A stretch of DNA of 63,511 bases, the filler included, from Rhabdomonas costata (Eukaryota), in assembly GCA_019059605.1 (NCBI GenBank). It is 12 parts of 12 records of this genome, joined end to end, with 100 filler letters (N's around TTAATTAATTAA, not from the genome) between each part and the next. Parts side by side here need not be neighbours in the genome. Positions count along the whole stretch, not along the records: positions 20,914 to 26,253 come from JAHMHO010000098.1; positions 26,354 to 31,449 come from JAHMHO010000099.1; positions 31,550 to 36,664 come from JAHMHO010000100.1; positions 36,765 to 42,802 come from JAHMHO010000101.1; 8 more parts are not named here. One strand, given 5' to 3'. Below the pieces are notes generated by a model, which worked only from the letters and a program-made list of their open reading frames with translations, ran no database searches and was not told where the DNA came from. Shown here piece by piece: positions 26,243 to 37,320 of this stretch. A program made the translations under genes and the position numbers. The number at the start of each line of letters is the position of its first letter. Position 1 is the first letter of the stretch.

Positions 26243-26659
26243 CCAACCACCCCNNNNNNNNNNNNNNNNNNNNNNNNNNNNNNNNNNNNNNNNNNNNTTA
26301 ATTAATTAANNNNNNNNNNNNNNNNNNNNNNNNNNNNNNNNNNNNNNNNNNNNGTTGTTTTTTGGTTGAAGTAGGGACAGATGTGTTTGTGTGTTGATGT
26401 GTGTGCGATGAAAAGATGGAAAGGAAGCACACACACATGTACGTGTGCGCTGGTGAGGAATCTCTCCCTCCTCTTCTGGTTCCTCTTACACTCTGCAAAA
26501 ACGTCACTGGTATTCCGTTCATTATTTTCATCATCTCTTTTGCTGCTGTGGTGCAAAAGAAATCATCAGATTGTCATCATCAGACTGTGATTACTGCTGA
26601 TTTCTTTTCTGTTACACAAAAGCAAGTGGGTGTTGGAGGACAGAGTGAGTGCCGAGAAC

Positions 26660-27842
26660 CTGCCAAATGGCCACGGGAACGGTTTGACGGCCCCTTTTCA
26701 GGGACTCTAGAACCGTCACCATGGACTCCTCCAGGGCAAATGCGGCGACCGCAGCTACCAGGTTTCCACAGCTGCCGCTGTAGTCAATCAGCGGCTCTGT
26801 GAAAGCATCCCCCCCCTCTGGCGTCTCCACCGAAGCGATTGTTAGGGAGGCATGGGACTACGTTTTGAAGCACCGATGTCCAAGCGCCTCCAGTTATCTT
26901 TTGAGCTTTTTAAGGCTTGGAAATAGCTGCGGGAAGGTGTCTTTGGTCATCCCCTCGCTCTCTTCCCGTTGTTCTCCAACAATATGCAGCACTTCAGCCA
27001 ACTTGCACTCAAAAAAGGAATAAAAGACAAAACTCGAAATAAAAGTCGCGCAAAATGGATAATACCTTTTCTTCTGGTTGCCCCCTTTCCTCGCCGGTTA
27101 ATTAGCCCAAAATGGTGCAGAGCCCGGCGAAACACGATCTCATCATTGTTTTCAATCCAACAATGACGATATTGGGGCAGGGAGGCTTTGGTGAAAAATG
27201 CCCTAGAACCCCCCCCCCCAAAAAAAAAAACAGGTAAAATGAGCCAAAACACATGGGACATAAACAGGCAAAACCCAGCCAAAATATGGCTTCATTCTTG
27301 GTGGAAGTGGAGTGCTTTTTCTTTTTTGAGAAAATAAAAAATAACTGGGAGAAAACTGGGTCTGGCTAGCCTTTGCAAGCGGGAGCGCGAATTATTCCAC
27401 TTTTTTCGTACTGACGGTCCCCTTTTAAGTCGAGGTTGTCAAAAATATTCCGGGGACAAATATCTTTTCCAAATCCCAGGCAAGCAGTGCGGAAGAGGTT
27501 CAATAAACGACCACCAACCATCTCCACGGAACTACTGCACAACACACACTTCCCCAAGCCACACAGACCTGCAATGGCGACATGCCCAAAGAGGTAGTCC
27601 ACGTCGCAGCCCGTCTCAGGTTGGCTCCGGCTCACCACCACTATCTTGGATGTGCTGGAGGTTGCGCCGCCCACCCCGTCAATCTGCTTCCCGTAGCGAT
27701 CCGGGGAGCCCACGGCACGCAGCAGCACCCGGTCCCGCGCTGCGGGGTCAGCGGGCAAGTCCTTTTCCTTGAAGAACAGCCCCTTGCTGGTGCCCCCACG
27801 CATCCACACCGCTGGGATCCGCAACTGCGGGGACGGAAGCAT
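26660..27842 (-). CDS. prpF: PrpF/AcnD-accessory family protein (2-methylaconitate isomerase-like), exons 1-2, 3' partial
   Basis: Exon 27842-27569: WMRGGTSKGLFF, GSPDRYGKQIDGVGGATSSTSK, DVDYLFGHV. Phase-1 GT-AG intron. Exon 26796-26660: EPLIDYSGSCGNLVAAVAAFALEE..AIWQ|gt, with the conserved CGN cysteine. Confidence 0.92.
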
Positions 27843-28089
27843 TTGGAGCTTCTCCTTCTTTCCCCAGCAGACAAAAAGGGCTGTCACTCCACCGACGAAA
27901 AACAATGGCTTCGAGTGATTGTGAGAAAATAGCCTCGATCCGAAATGATGCCAATTATATAAGAGAGAAACAGCTGTGGAAAGCAGGGCTGCGTGGATTT
28001 ACCTTGTTTGTGTAAAAGGGATGACGGAGGCATAATGCTTTCGGTCGACTTCATGCGTGGCTGTGGTGACTCATTTATAAATGATTCTT

Positions 28090-29020
28090 AGCACTGATGT
28101 CGATCCAGGTGGGACGGCATTGGGGTGTGGTTCCGCACCGCAGTACCATAAGCCAATTTGGAGACGAGCACAACGTTAGCCTCACGAGTGGATGAGCACA
28201 TTCTCCAGTGAAATACAAGTCAAAGCACGATTTAGCGAAAAATGGAAAATGGATGAATTACCAACACTGGGTAATTGAAATCGGTGAACCCGTCGAACCA
28301 CTTGCGCGGGAGCGAAGTGTGGCCCCCGCTGGTTCATCCCATCGCGTCCGCTTCATCAGACTGAACCAGGAGCCGTGGAGGACACACGAGGACACACCCC
28401 TTTCCCACGTCAATCGACCGTCGTCGTGGAGAGAACAATACCACCATAGGAAAAAAAACTTCACATATATTCGGGCACAATAGAGATCGGAGTGTCAGAC
28501 GACCTCGGTAAAGCCAACCGTCAACCTTCGGTCCAGCACAGATTCACAAGCCGATGGCAGAGGCAGTCCTCAGCAGAAAGGAACTGCTCGGTAGGGGTAG
28601 TCAGCCCCACACTAGCCGGCTCTGGGGGAACAGAATTTATTTCGCACAGTTCCCTCGACACGCTCTTCAGGGACGACAAACCGGCATTGAGGATTTCCAT
28701 CGTTCCTGCCCCGAATGAGGCCGCCTACTCACAAGCAGAGGGTTCCGTGGTGCACGGCGAATTTGCATCGGCGCGTGCCCTGCCGGCCTGCTTGCATGGC
28801 TGAAAGGTGTTCCCATCCCGCTGGTCCCGTGCCCTGGCCTCACGCATGGCCTGTTGGCTCAGCTTTTGCAGCTCTTTCTGCATCGCGGAAATCTCTGCGT
28901 GCACGCATTTTATGCAGTCAAAAAGTCTGGCAACCACAAGCAGAACAGGGAAAAGGAGGAAACGCTGTGGTGCAGAATGGTCCAAATCACTCACAACTTA
29001 CTCCATGCGACGCTGCGTGG
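28090..29020 (-). mobile_element. Possible decayed LINE RT remnant
   Basis: Weak motif echoes (PVLLVVARLF ~28925-28955; ERGVSSCVLHGSWFSLM ~28354-28405) in RT order on the minus strand, with no long ORF. Confidence 0.2.
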
Positions 29021-29803
29021 TCCTGAAAGGCGGTAATGCGTCACCCTAGTTTAAGTGCACAACGAGGGGAGCTTGAACCAGAAGGACGGAGGTGGCCTTG
29101 AAAAAGGCGAGAGCACATCTCAAAATGACAGCGAAGGCATCAGTCTATTGTCATCGTTGTTGCACATCACAACTCAGCCCACATTTGCGCAGGGGAAGAT
29201 GCTCTGGTCATCACAATAGATGGCAGTAAAGTGTGGGAAGAACTGAAAGCTTTTGGAGCTTTCCAACCTTTACACGGAATTGCTTTCAGCTTGTCGGAAC
29301 TGTCTTGAAGTGAAAAATTTAACTCATCTCGATGAAAAAATAACACGTAATATTAGCACGCTCAGCGGAATCCGAAACCCGTGGTACCCGAGCATCAAAC
29401 ATCTATGGGAATTTCTTCCGTGTGTGAAAAGGAGATAAAACCCAATGTGAGAATTTGAAAAAAAAAAGAGATCCCAGACAGGCGCGCTGTAGGATGGTAC
29501 GAAATCTCACGCGCACACTTTTTTGGTGTCTTCCAACGAGTGCCTTCATTCTCTCCGATTTGTTTTGTCATCTTTAATCCCTCTAATTCCACTGACCGCA
29601 GTGTACCCCCATATATCGCATTGCTGAACCCGTTCAGCTTTGGAGCTGCATCGGACATAATAGTTAAGGAATGCGTCCATTCTGGCGCCTCGCGAAGCCC
29701 TACTTTTTTGTATCGTTCTTTTTTTTTTGCTTGCTGCTGTGTAGAGGTACCACCTAATTGTGCTGCGCACCTCCTCCTCCCCCCAAGCGGGTGATTTCCG
29801 AAA

Positions 29804-31164
29804 ATGGGCCAGGGGTATGGCCACACCGCGCCCCACCCCAGTGAGCTGTGGGATGACTACCAACTGAAGCTCTACACCGACCTCAAGGAGAAGCCCCAGG
29901 TTCCTTCCCCCTCCCCTGCTGTATGCACAAAAGACCCCAGGCCTGCTTCAGCTTCACCCTCTCTGGATTTGGAAACCTTTCACCGACACTACTTTGCGGC
30001 GTGAATATATGTGTGTGTTTGCATCCCCCCCAATGCCAGTCCCACAACGCCGTATTTTACTGGGCTCTTCAGAACTGGAACATCCGCGCGAAGATCGCGG
30101 AGCTGAACAAAAAGCCCCAGTACAAGGAAGACGAGGAGGCTCTGCGGCAGCGCCTGTACGAAAGGATGATAATGTACAGGGTCCGGGCCCCGGAACTGTG
30201 GCTCGAGGAAGTTGCGGGTGAGGCCTTGGCCGCGGTGGAGGTCCCCACGGCGGACGTCATGCGGGTGCGCGTGCCCTTGAGTTGCCTAAATTGTGCCTTA
30301 AATGCACTGTGGAGCGCATCGAATGAGCTGTGCCCGGGCGTGCTTCCATTCGCTGGGCTGAGAAGACGGGGATTGGTGGTGACCCGCATCTGCACATTGG
30401 GGCGGTGGGCAGTGTTCCCGAGATACTTCGCGGCCAAGCCTTGCGCCTCCCCCCCCCTTAACACACACGCACACTTCTTTCTCCTCTTGATCCTCCTGAT
30501 GACATTGATCTAAATTGGACTCACCTTCTTTTCTTTTTTTGTATCGAGGTGAAGAGGTGTCCGCTGAGCGACTTCTGCGAGCCTCAGCGAGGAACCAAAC
30601 CTGGCATTCGGGGTGGTGGACGCCCATTTTCTTGGCCCCGTAGGACCGTCGTACCTCCCCGTTCAGCGGAGAGCGCCCTTGAACGAATAGCACCTCAATA
30701 TAGTGCGTCCAACGCAGGTCAAGGCACGGACATGCCTCGGGCAGCCATTTTCTTGCTCGCTGCACGGGAACTCAAACCTTGGGTGTAGTACTGCACCACC
30801 TCACCATGAAAACTGCCAGACAAGTGATACTGCCGTGCAGACGGCACTCTTGTATAAAGTGCAGGAGAGCTGCAAAGGTGCACGCGCAATACAGACCAGG
30901 AAGTTCAGGCTGTACTGTGAGCCCCGAAATGTTGATGTACCTGGCGCTGATCAGAGGGGAGGGGGGTCCCCCAAGAAACTGAAACCCGTAATTACGGGTT
31001 TCAGATTACGGATTTACGGTACCCCCCTTCCCTCCCCTGCGCCAACTTATTTCGCAAGTGCTACCAACGGCTGGGGGTTGCCGAGCTCTTCTGCAAAGTC
31101 CTTCGTTCAAACAAACATGGCCGAACTGGACAAAACAGAAATCAGCGAGCAGGACAATGCTCAG
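29804..31164 (+). CDS. Multi-exon gene of unknown function (5' part), divergent from prpF
   Basis: MGQGYGHTAPHPSELWDDYQLKLYTDLKEKPQ|gt ... ag|NWNIRAKIAELNKKPQYKEDEEALRQRLYERMIMYRVRAPELWLEEVAGEALAAVEVPTADVMR|gt; phase-0 junctions and high GC3. Later exons (~30549-30717, ~31059-31164) are tentative. Confidence 0.7.
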
Positions 31165-31557
31165 GTGGGCAAGGTTTTTCCCAGTGAGTAATATGCTGTG
31201 AGTCATCTTTGGTCTTCGGGCACAGTGCTGGCGATACAGAGTGGCACCAATAAGCACGAGGAGCAAAAAGAAAGATGAGAAGGGGGGGGGAGTGCGCTTC
31301 CGGAGCAAAAAAATGGTTCAGGGTGGCATCCCGTTTCTCTGCCATCCATTCACTCGTGTGGAAAAGTGGTGTCGTTGAGCAACCGTGCTAATCCTCTCAA
31401 ACTGCGTGATGTGGTGCTCAAGGGTCTGGTCTGACCACCAACCCCAAACNNNNNNNNNNNNNNNNNNNNNNNNNNNNNNNNNNNNNNNNNNNNTTAATTA
31501 ATTAANNNNNNNNNNNNNNNNNNNNNNNNNNNNNNNNNNNNNNNNNNNNGGTTTGGT

Positions 31558-31645
31558 GTGACGCTGACGCCGGATGATACACTGTGATTGCACACCTTGC
31601 CGACGAATTTAGTTTTCGCAGTGTATCATCCGGCGTCAGCGTCAC
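31558..31645. repeat. Inverted repeat, 30-bp arms, 28-nt loop
   Basis: 31558-31587 versus 31616-31645, one mismatch; directly inside the G/T tail at the contig start. Confidence 0.95.
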
Positions 31646-32022
31646 CTCAAAAGTCACAACCCAAAGAAGCGCAGTAATTACGCGATTTTGGGCTCAGAAG
31701 CTCCAAAGAGTAGTTTCCACTGCGGCGTTTCCACTGCAGATTGGTTCCGCTTGTTTTGGCCATATCTCATGCCTGGTAAATGGCGCAGGCGATTCAAAGA
31801 TGATACCTTATCCCATTGAAAATAAACCCACGATATGGCTGGGTTCAGCAACGGCGACTCGACAAGCGGTGATCCCCTTTTTCCGTGACAGAATTTTTGA
31901 GGTTATGCTGCAGCTGGTCCTTTGCAACGACATCTACTATGACTCTGCTTGCGCTGATTGCACGGCAGATGCACGAATTTGTCGTTGCGTAGCTGCATAA
32001 ACGCCAGCAGGCGGGTGAATAC

Positions 32023-35000
32023 CTCCCCCCAGGCAGCCTTGCTGAGGTTGGCTGAGGTCAGCAGCGCCCAGGCCAGTCGCGAAGGGTTCTCTGCAGAGTA
32101 CCGCACATAACTCTTGATGTGCGGGGAGGCTCGACTTCGGCCGTGGGGGAGAGAGTTAGCTGCGACATACAAACAGATTGGCGCAGTTACGAGGGAAATC
32201 ATCAGAACATTCACAAAAATCAACCGAAATGTGCAGACCACGCCACATCCCGCTCTGATGAGACCCTAATTGCTGAGCAGGGCCCTTCAAGCGCAGCACC
32301 TAAGATCGGTTGGTGTCCAAGTAGGTGTGCGCATCGCCTCCATATTCCGCATGCGCGTGGCAGTGCGCGTGTGCATTCTTGAAAGTTCGGATTTCGCCCA
32401 AGGCGGCTCTTTTGGCCCCCTATTAAATATATAGCTTTAATCTTTTGTAATATATTGTTTTTGGTTTTATAGATAAAAAAGCAGCTGCTTTAGATAATAT
32501 AGACGGAAGGGGTGGGGGGGGGACGGGGAGATCCCAACGATCCATTTAAGGCGCTTACTCACTTGAAGCTTGGGACCGAAACCTTTGTGAATTTAGCAAA
32601 AACAGAAATTTTTTCAGGAAATTGGGATTTCTTGATTTGAACTTTTAAGGTGGGTTAAGTGAACGTGGGCGTGGTTGATTATGCCCGCCCGAATGAGGTT
32701 GGTGCCACAGAGCAGAAGAAAAATGAAGATAAAGGCAGAAATGCCTGGCGTTGCGCCGAGCATGTGACCCCAGTGGCACAGATGCTGGCCAAGGAAGGCG
32801 GCGCGGTCCCAGTTCTTCTCCGAGGCCGGGATCGACCCCCCGGAGGCGTACCCCAGCAATGAGGTGCGCACCTCTTCCTGTGCAAGGCACGGTGTGAGTG
32901 AGCGAGTGTGTGTGTGTGTCTGTGTAGGTGTGCTGGGGAGAGGGTCCCGTGCCGCACATGGTCAGTTTTCGATTCGAAAAGTTCTGACCCTCCTTATGGA
33001 TAGCATCCAGCCGGAGTAAAAAAACAAGAAGAAATGCAATGTGTCGATGCATATGCGATACCACGGTGGGGAAGACAACACGGAATAGTTCAGGGCTCTT
33101 CCGCGCATGGCTGGCCAGCGCCGCGTCCCCGCCCATCAGACTGCGCAGAAACTGAAAAATCCCCGACCCCAATACAAGACCACTTTGCATTAGGTTGTAT
33201 ATGTTCAGCAGACAACTGCTATTCTGCGCCATAGGGTGGAGAAAAAAGGTCAGTTCACTTTCGGGTGTGCAGTGTGCTGACATTTACTCAGCTCAGTGAA
33301 TGCGAAGCGCGTGGGGCAATTGAAACTTCGATGAGGAACGTCAAAATGAATCCATTGTATTCATCTCTTCTTTTCTGCAAACAACCACAGCTGGGGTATA
33401 CCCGTTCGCGACAAAAACGAGCACGTTTTGGCGAGGAAGGTCATGCGGTCTGAGCGGCAAAAGCTCCAAACTAGTGCACAGGGGGAAGGGCCAGCTTCTT
33501 CGACCTGGTCGTAGAGCCACTGCGGACTAAGGGAGCCCAAGCTGCTGAACTGCATGACCACAGAGGACTTGGAGAACTCCCCAGGCACTGGACCTTTGCG
33601 CGTAAAACAAGTGCTGAGGCTGACCGATTCCCAATGACCTCAGATCCACCTGTGAACCACTGCTTTCAACAGCAGTCCATGGGGGCGTTAAGTCAAAATG
33701 CTTACTCACAGCGCCGAGGCCACGCACACCCTCGCTCTGCAGTAGCTGCCTCAACCGAGGGTGCCCCCACCGGAACCGGCTGGCCCCGGTGTGCGTTCCC
33801 GGGACGCTGGCCACCACGGCGACCTCTGCAGTGGCGTAGTCGTAGTGGAGGAAGCGGCTGAAGTCCACCGCCGGCCTGCCCGAAGCGCCCCGCCCGCAGA
33901 CTTGAAGGTACTCTGCCAAGGGGGAAGCGGGCAAACGAGGGGTGCCAAAGGCACAAGACACCGGAGAAAAGTGAGATTTGCTGCGATAACTTTCGTTTCC
34001 CACATGAAAGTTACAAAGCTCTTGACGTGACCAGTGACCCGGTCATGGTACAGCACAGTGCCGTGACAGAGAACGTCTGCAGTACTTCGAGGGTGGGTGT
34101 GTGGGGAAGGGTTCCAGAGCACAGAGAATGGGAGATATAAATGTGTGACTGTGGTGAAAATGGAGGGGAACGTGCGAAACTTCAAATAATTGGCTAGGAG
34201 CAGGGAGACGCCGACGCAAGGTCACATGAGGTGCAAAAGGGTGAAGAAAAGAGCGCCTGTAACAGGAAACTAGGAACCAGCATACCGCAAGGGAGGAGTG
34301 AGCCCAGGAACAGGGATAGCAGAAACACAAAAGCAAGCGTTTAGAAGAATGGCGATTAACCAAGGTTGCTAGAGCGGAATGACACGGACAAGCAGGACCT
34401 GAAAATATGCCATTCCTGCTGCATTTCACGATGCAGATAACGTGCACGCGAAAAGACGTCTGGAAGTCATCTAACAAAGCTTTCCCCAATTGTTCAAGAA
34501 GAACGCTTGAAACAGAAGAGACGCGCGAACAGGAGAAGGCATCAGGAACCCCAAAAATCGTTTTCAAACGGGGAGGTCTTTGCCGAAGCGGCGTCCTTAA
34601 GAGGGAAGTCTTGGAACCACACGCCCTGATTCAGCTTCACCCAGTCCCCAGGGATGAAGTTCGCGGTGCAGACCACCACCCTGACTGAATCCGGGGAATA
34701 CAGAATCTGTGGGCCATGTAAGGTAACAACAAGCACATTTCGTGATGAAGCGGCGAAGTATAGTGGCTGCCCAGCAACCAGCGTCGTGTCGGATCGCCAT
34801 TGGCTTAAGGCATCCCAAAAAAACATGCGTAACGTTTTTTTTTGCGAAACTCATTAGCATACTGCGCTGCGGGCATGAAACGTGATACATCGGGAATCAA
34901 GATAGGGACAAAATGGTGCCGAGTACAACCACCGATTTTTGCGACAACGGACATTTCCCATTGGTCACTAGGCACACACCAGGCACTTGGAGTGGTGAGT

Positions 35001-36028
35001 CCCGAAGCGGTCAGTCACTACGGGGACGTGAACTTGGAAGGTGAGGTTGGGCAGCTGCTTCTTCAGAGCGGCGGCTTCAGCGGTGCATGACTGGGCGTGA
35101 CCTCGATCGGTGAGGATTACCATTCGCTTTATCAGCTGCAGGGCCGGTGCAAAATCTGCACACACACAATCTGCACACACCACGGGTGAACACTGTTATG
35201 ATTCTGTGACGCACCGAATTCAGCTCGAATCCATATCACGGTATAACACGCTGGTCTCGCTCAGGCGTGATGGTGAAGGCAACTCTGGGAATACCCATAT
35301 TACCGCGACGTCCCCGTGGAACACGCAATCACACCTGTGGTACACACAGCTACGATTTCCCAAAACAAAGGAAAAAAAAAAGAAAAGATACACAAACAGT
35401 ACACAAAGACCATACCAGCAGACACACATCAAGACTGGAGATTGGACACTCAGGCTGATAAATCAAGGGACCCAAGAAATTTGTTAAGGCATTTTCTGTG
35501 CTTGTATGCTTGCGGCGCCCAAATCAATGGCGTGCGTTTTCCAAACGCGTCCTTTAAAACAGGACCGAATTTTTCACCTTTCTGACTGGTATCTTTGCAT
35601 TTGCTGCTTCCCATCTCCTTTTAGTCTCACATGGGCGCACACATCCATTTTGGAGTGAAAAGAGAAGAATGGAAGAGGATAAGGGTGGGAAGGGGCACAA
35701 ATGCGCACGGCGAGGCAGCGCGCCAGTCGCAAAGCAAGCCCCAGCACAAACCAAACAGGAATGGCAAGTCCCACATATAGTTCATCACCACCACCCCCTC
35801 GACTCCATTGGGGATGAGCTCGGACAGCCCGATCGCGGCCCCGTTGCCAGCCGCGCCAAGGTCAGGGATGAGATTGTTGTAGAAGCCCAGACGGGGGCTG
35901 CACGGGCGAGCGACCTTTGCCGCCCTAAGGGCTGCGCTGCATCCGCCAGGGGCGCGGGTTCGCTGCTGAGGCGGGCTCTCCTCCGCGGCGGTTAAGTCCA
36001 CGCAAGGGCCAGCAGGGCTGCGGTGCAT
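32023..36028 (-). CDS. TDP1: Tyrosyl-DNA phosphodiesterase 1 (3' partial)
   Basis: Eight phase-consistent GT-AG exons: 36028-35752, 35155-34980, 34706-34550, 33912-33730, ~33588-33505, 33151-33065, 32877-32769, 32159-32023. Both HxK motifs ([30 protein letters not shown]), plus [24 protein letters not shown] and [16 protein letters not shown]. Confidence 0.96.
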
Positions 36029-36101
36029 ACAGGCCTTCTTGCGAGGGGGTGCACCTTCGTATCACCCACATACATGCTTCCACCACCTCGTCACAATGAC
36101 A

Positions 36102-36282
36102 GTTCTGTGTGTGTATGCGTCTGTTGGGTGCATTGCGCGCTGGCTGTTGCCTGGTTGACTAGTTGCTTGGTTGTTGGTAACCACTGTGGACTGACGGGCG
36201 CACGCGCTCTTGGACACGGGTGCTCGCGAGACGTGCCGTTGCAGCGAACGGTGCCGTGGGCAACCGGAACCGCCTCACCGCC
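36102..36282 (-). repeat. Dispersed GC-rich element with (CA)n tail, copy 1
   Basis: Core 36194-36267 aligns to 53997-54071 (62/75 identical by manual alignment). Similarity resumes in the gccag..cccaaca..(CA)n segment. Confidence 0.85.
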
Positions 36283-36355
36283 GAACGTTCCACTTCTGGT
36301 AATCTGGTAATCCACGGGTCCCGGGCCATTGTCGCGCAGCGCTCTTTTCCAGCGC

Positions 36356-36590
36356 CTACCTGGATTGCTCCATTGCTACTCAGGTATCTGCGACTCCACA
36401 CTGCTTCCTTGGTTCTACGTGAATGTGATGGAGTGCTAGATACGCTCTCTCTCACATTCACGTAGAACCAAGGAAGCAGTGTGGAGTCGCAGCTACCTGG
36501 ATTGCTCCATTGCTACTCAGGTATCTGCGACTCCACACTGCTTCCTTGGTTCTACGTGAATGTGAGAGAGAGCGTATCTAGCACTCCATC
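36356..36590. repeat. Direct-inverted-direct rearrangement A-B-C'-B'-A-B-C
   Basis: A-B at 36356-36428 is repeated exactly at 36493-36565; 36429-36492 is the reverse complement of 36525-36588. Confidence 0.95.
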
Positions 36591-37320
36591 CCAACCAGCC
36601 TTTCTCACATCCGCGATTGTCGTTTCTTTGGAAGCCGTTTCGTTTCAGAGTACCCCCCCACCACNNNNNNNNNNNNNNNNNNNNNNNNNNNNNNNNNNNN
36701 NNNNNNNNTTAATTAATTAANNNNNNNNNNNNNNNNNNNNNNNNNNNNNNNNNNNNNNNNNNNNTTTGTTTGAACTGTTGCGACACAATGCCGTGCATAT
36801 TTTGCTAACAAAAAAAAATCAAAATAGAACGCCTGGGTGAGTTGTTCTTGACGTAACTTCGTAACTTCTCTGCTGCTAAGGAAACGTTGCGGTCTGACTC
36901 TGGTGCTAGCAAGAGCAGCTCGTCTACTTCCGACCAAGACCCTGCAGTGACATGTGGCTTTGCGAACGATAGATTTTTCAATTCCATGGTGATGCACAGC
37001 GCGGGATGAGAGGAGTCGAGAAGTGAACCCGAGAAGAGAACTCGGACATGACTGTTGATAAGAGGATAACGCAAGGCTGACAGTGCCCAGCACTCTTTTG
37101 GTATCATGAACAAAGGTATGTAATGAGTCCCGTGCGTTACCTTCACAGCGACCCCTATTAACTAAAACACATAACACATACACACCCCCCCTCCCACCGC
37201 CCGCCCCTTCTTAGAAATTCACGGTACACCTTGCAAATGTGTCAATTTGGGGAAAACCAAAATACCTGACTTGGCCAAAATAGCAACATCCGAAGTTCAG
37301 CAAGGACAAAGGCCCTCCAC

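Noticed and set aside
32255..32295. CTGATGAG followed by a short stem as a hammerhead ribozyme
   Set aside because: No GAAA core after stem II and no stems I/III.
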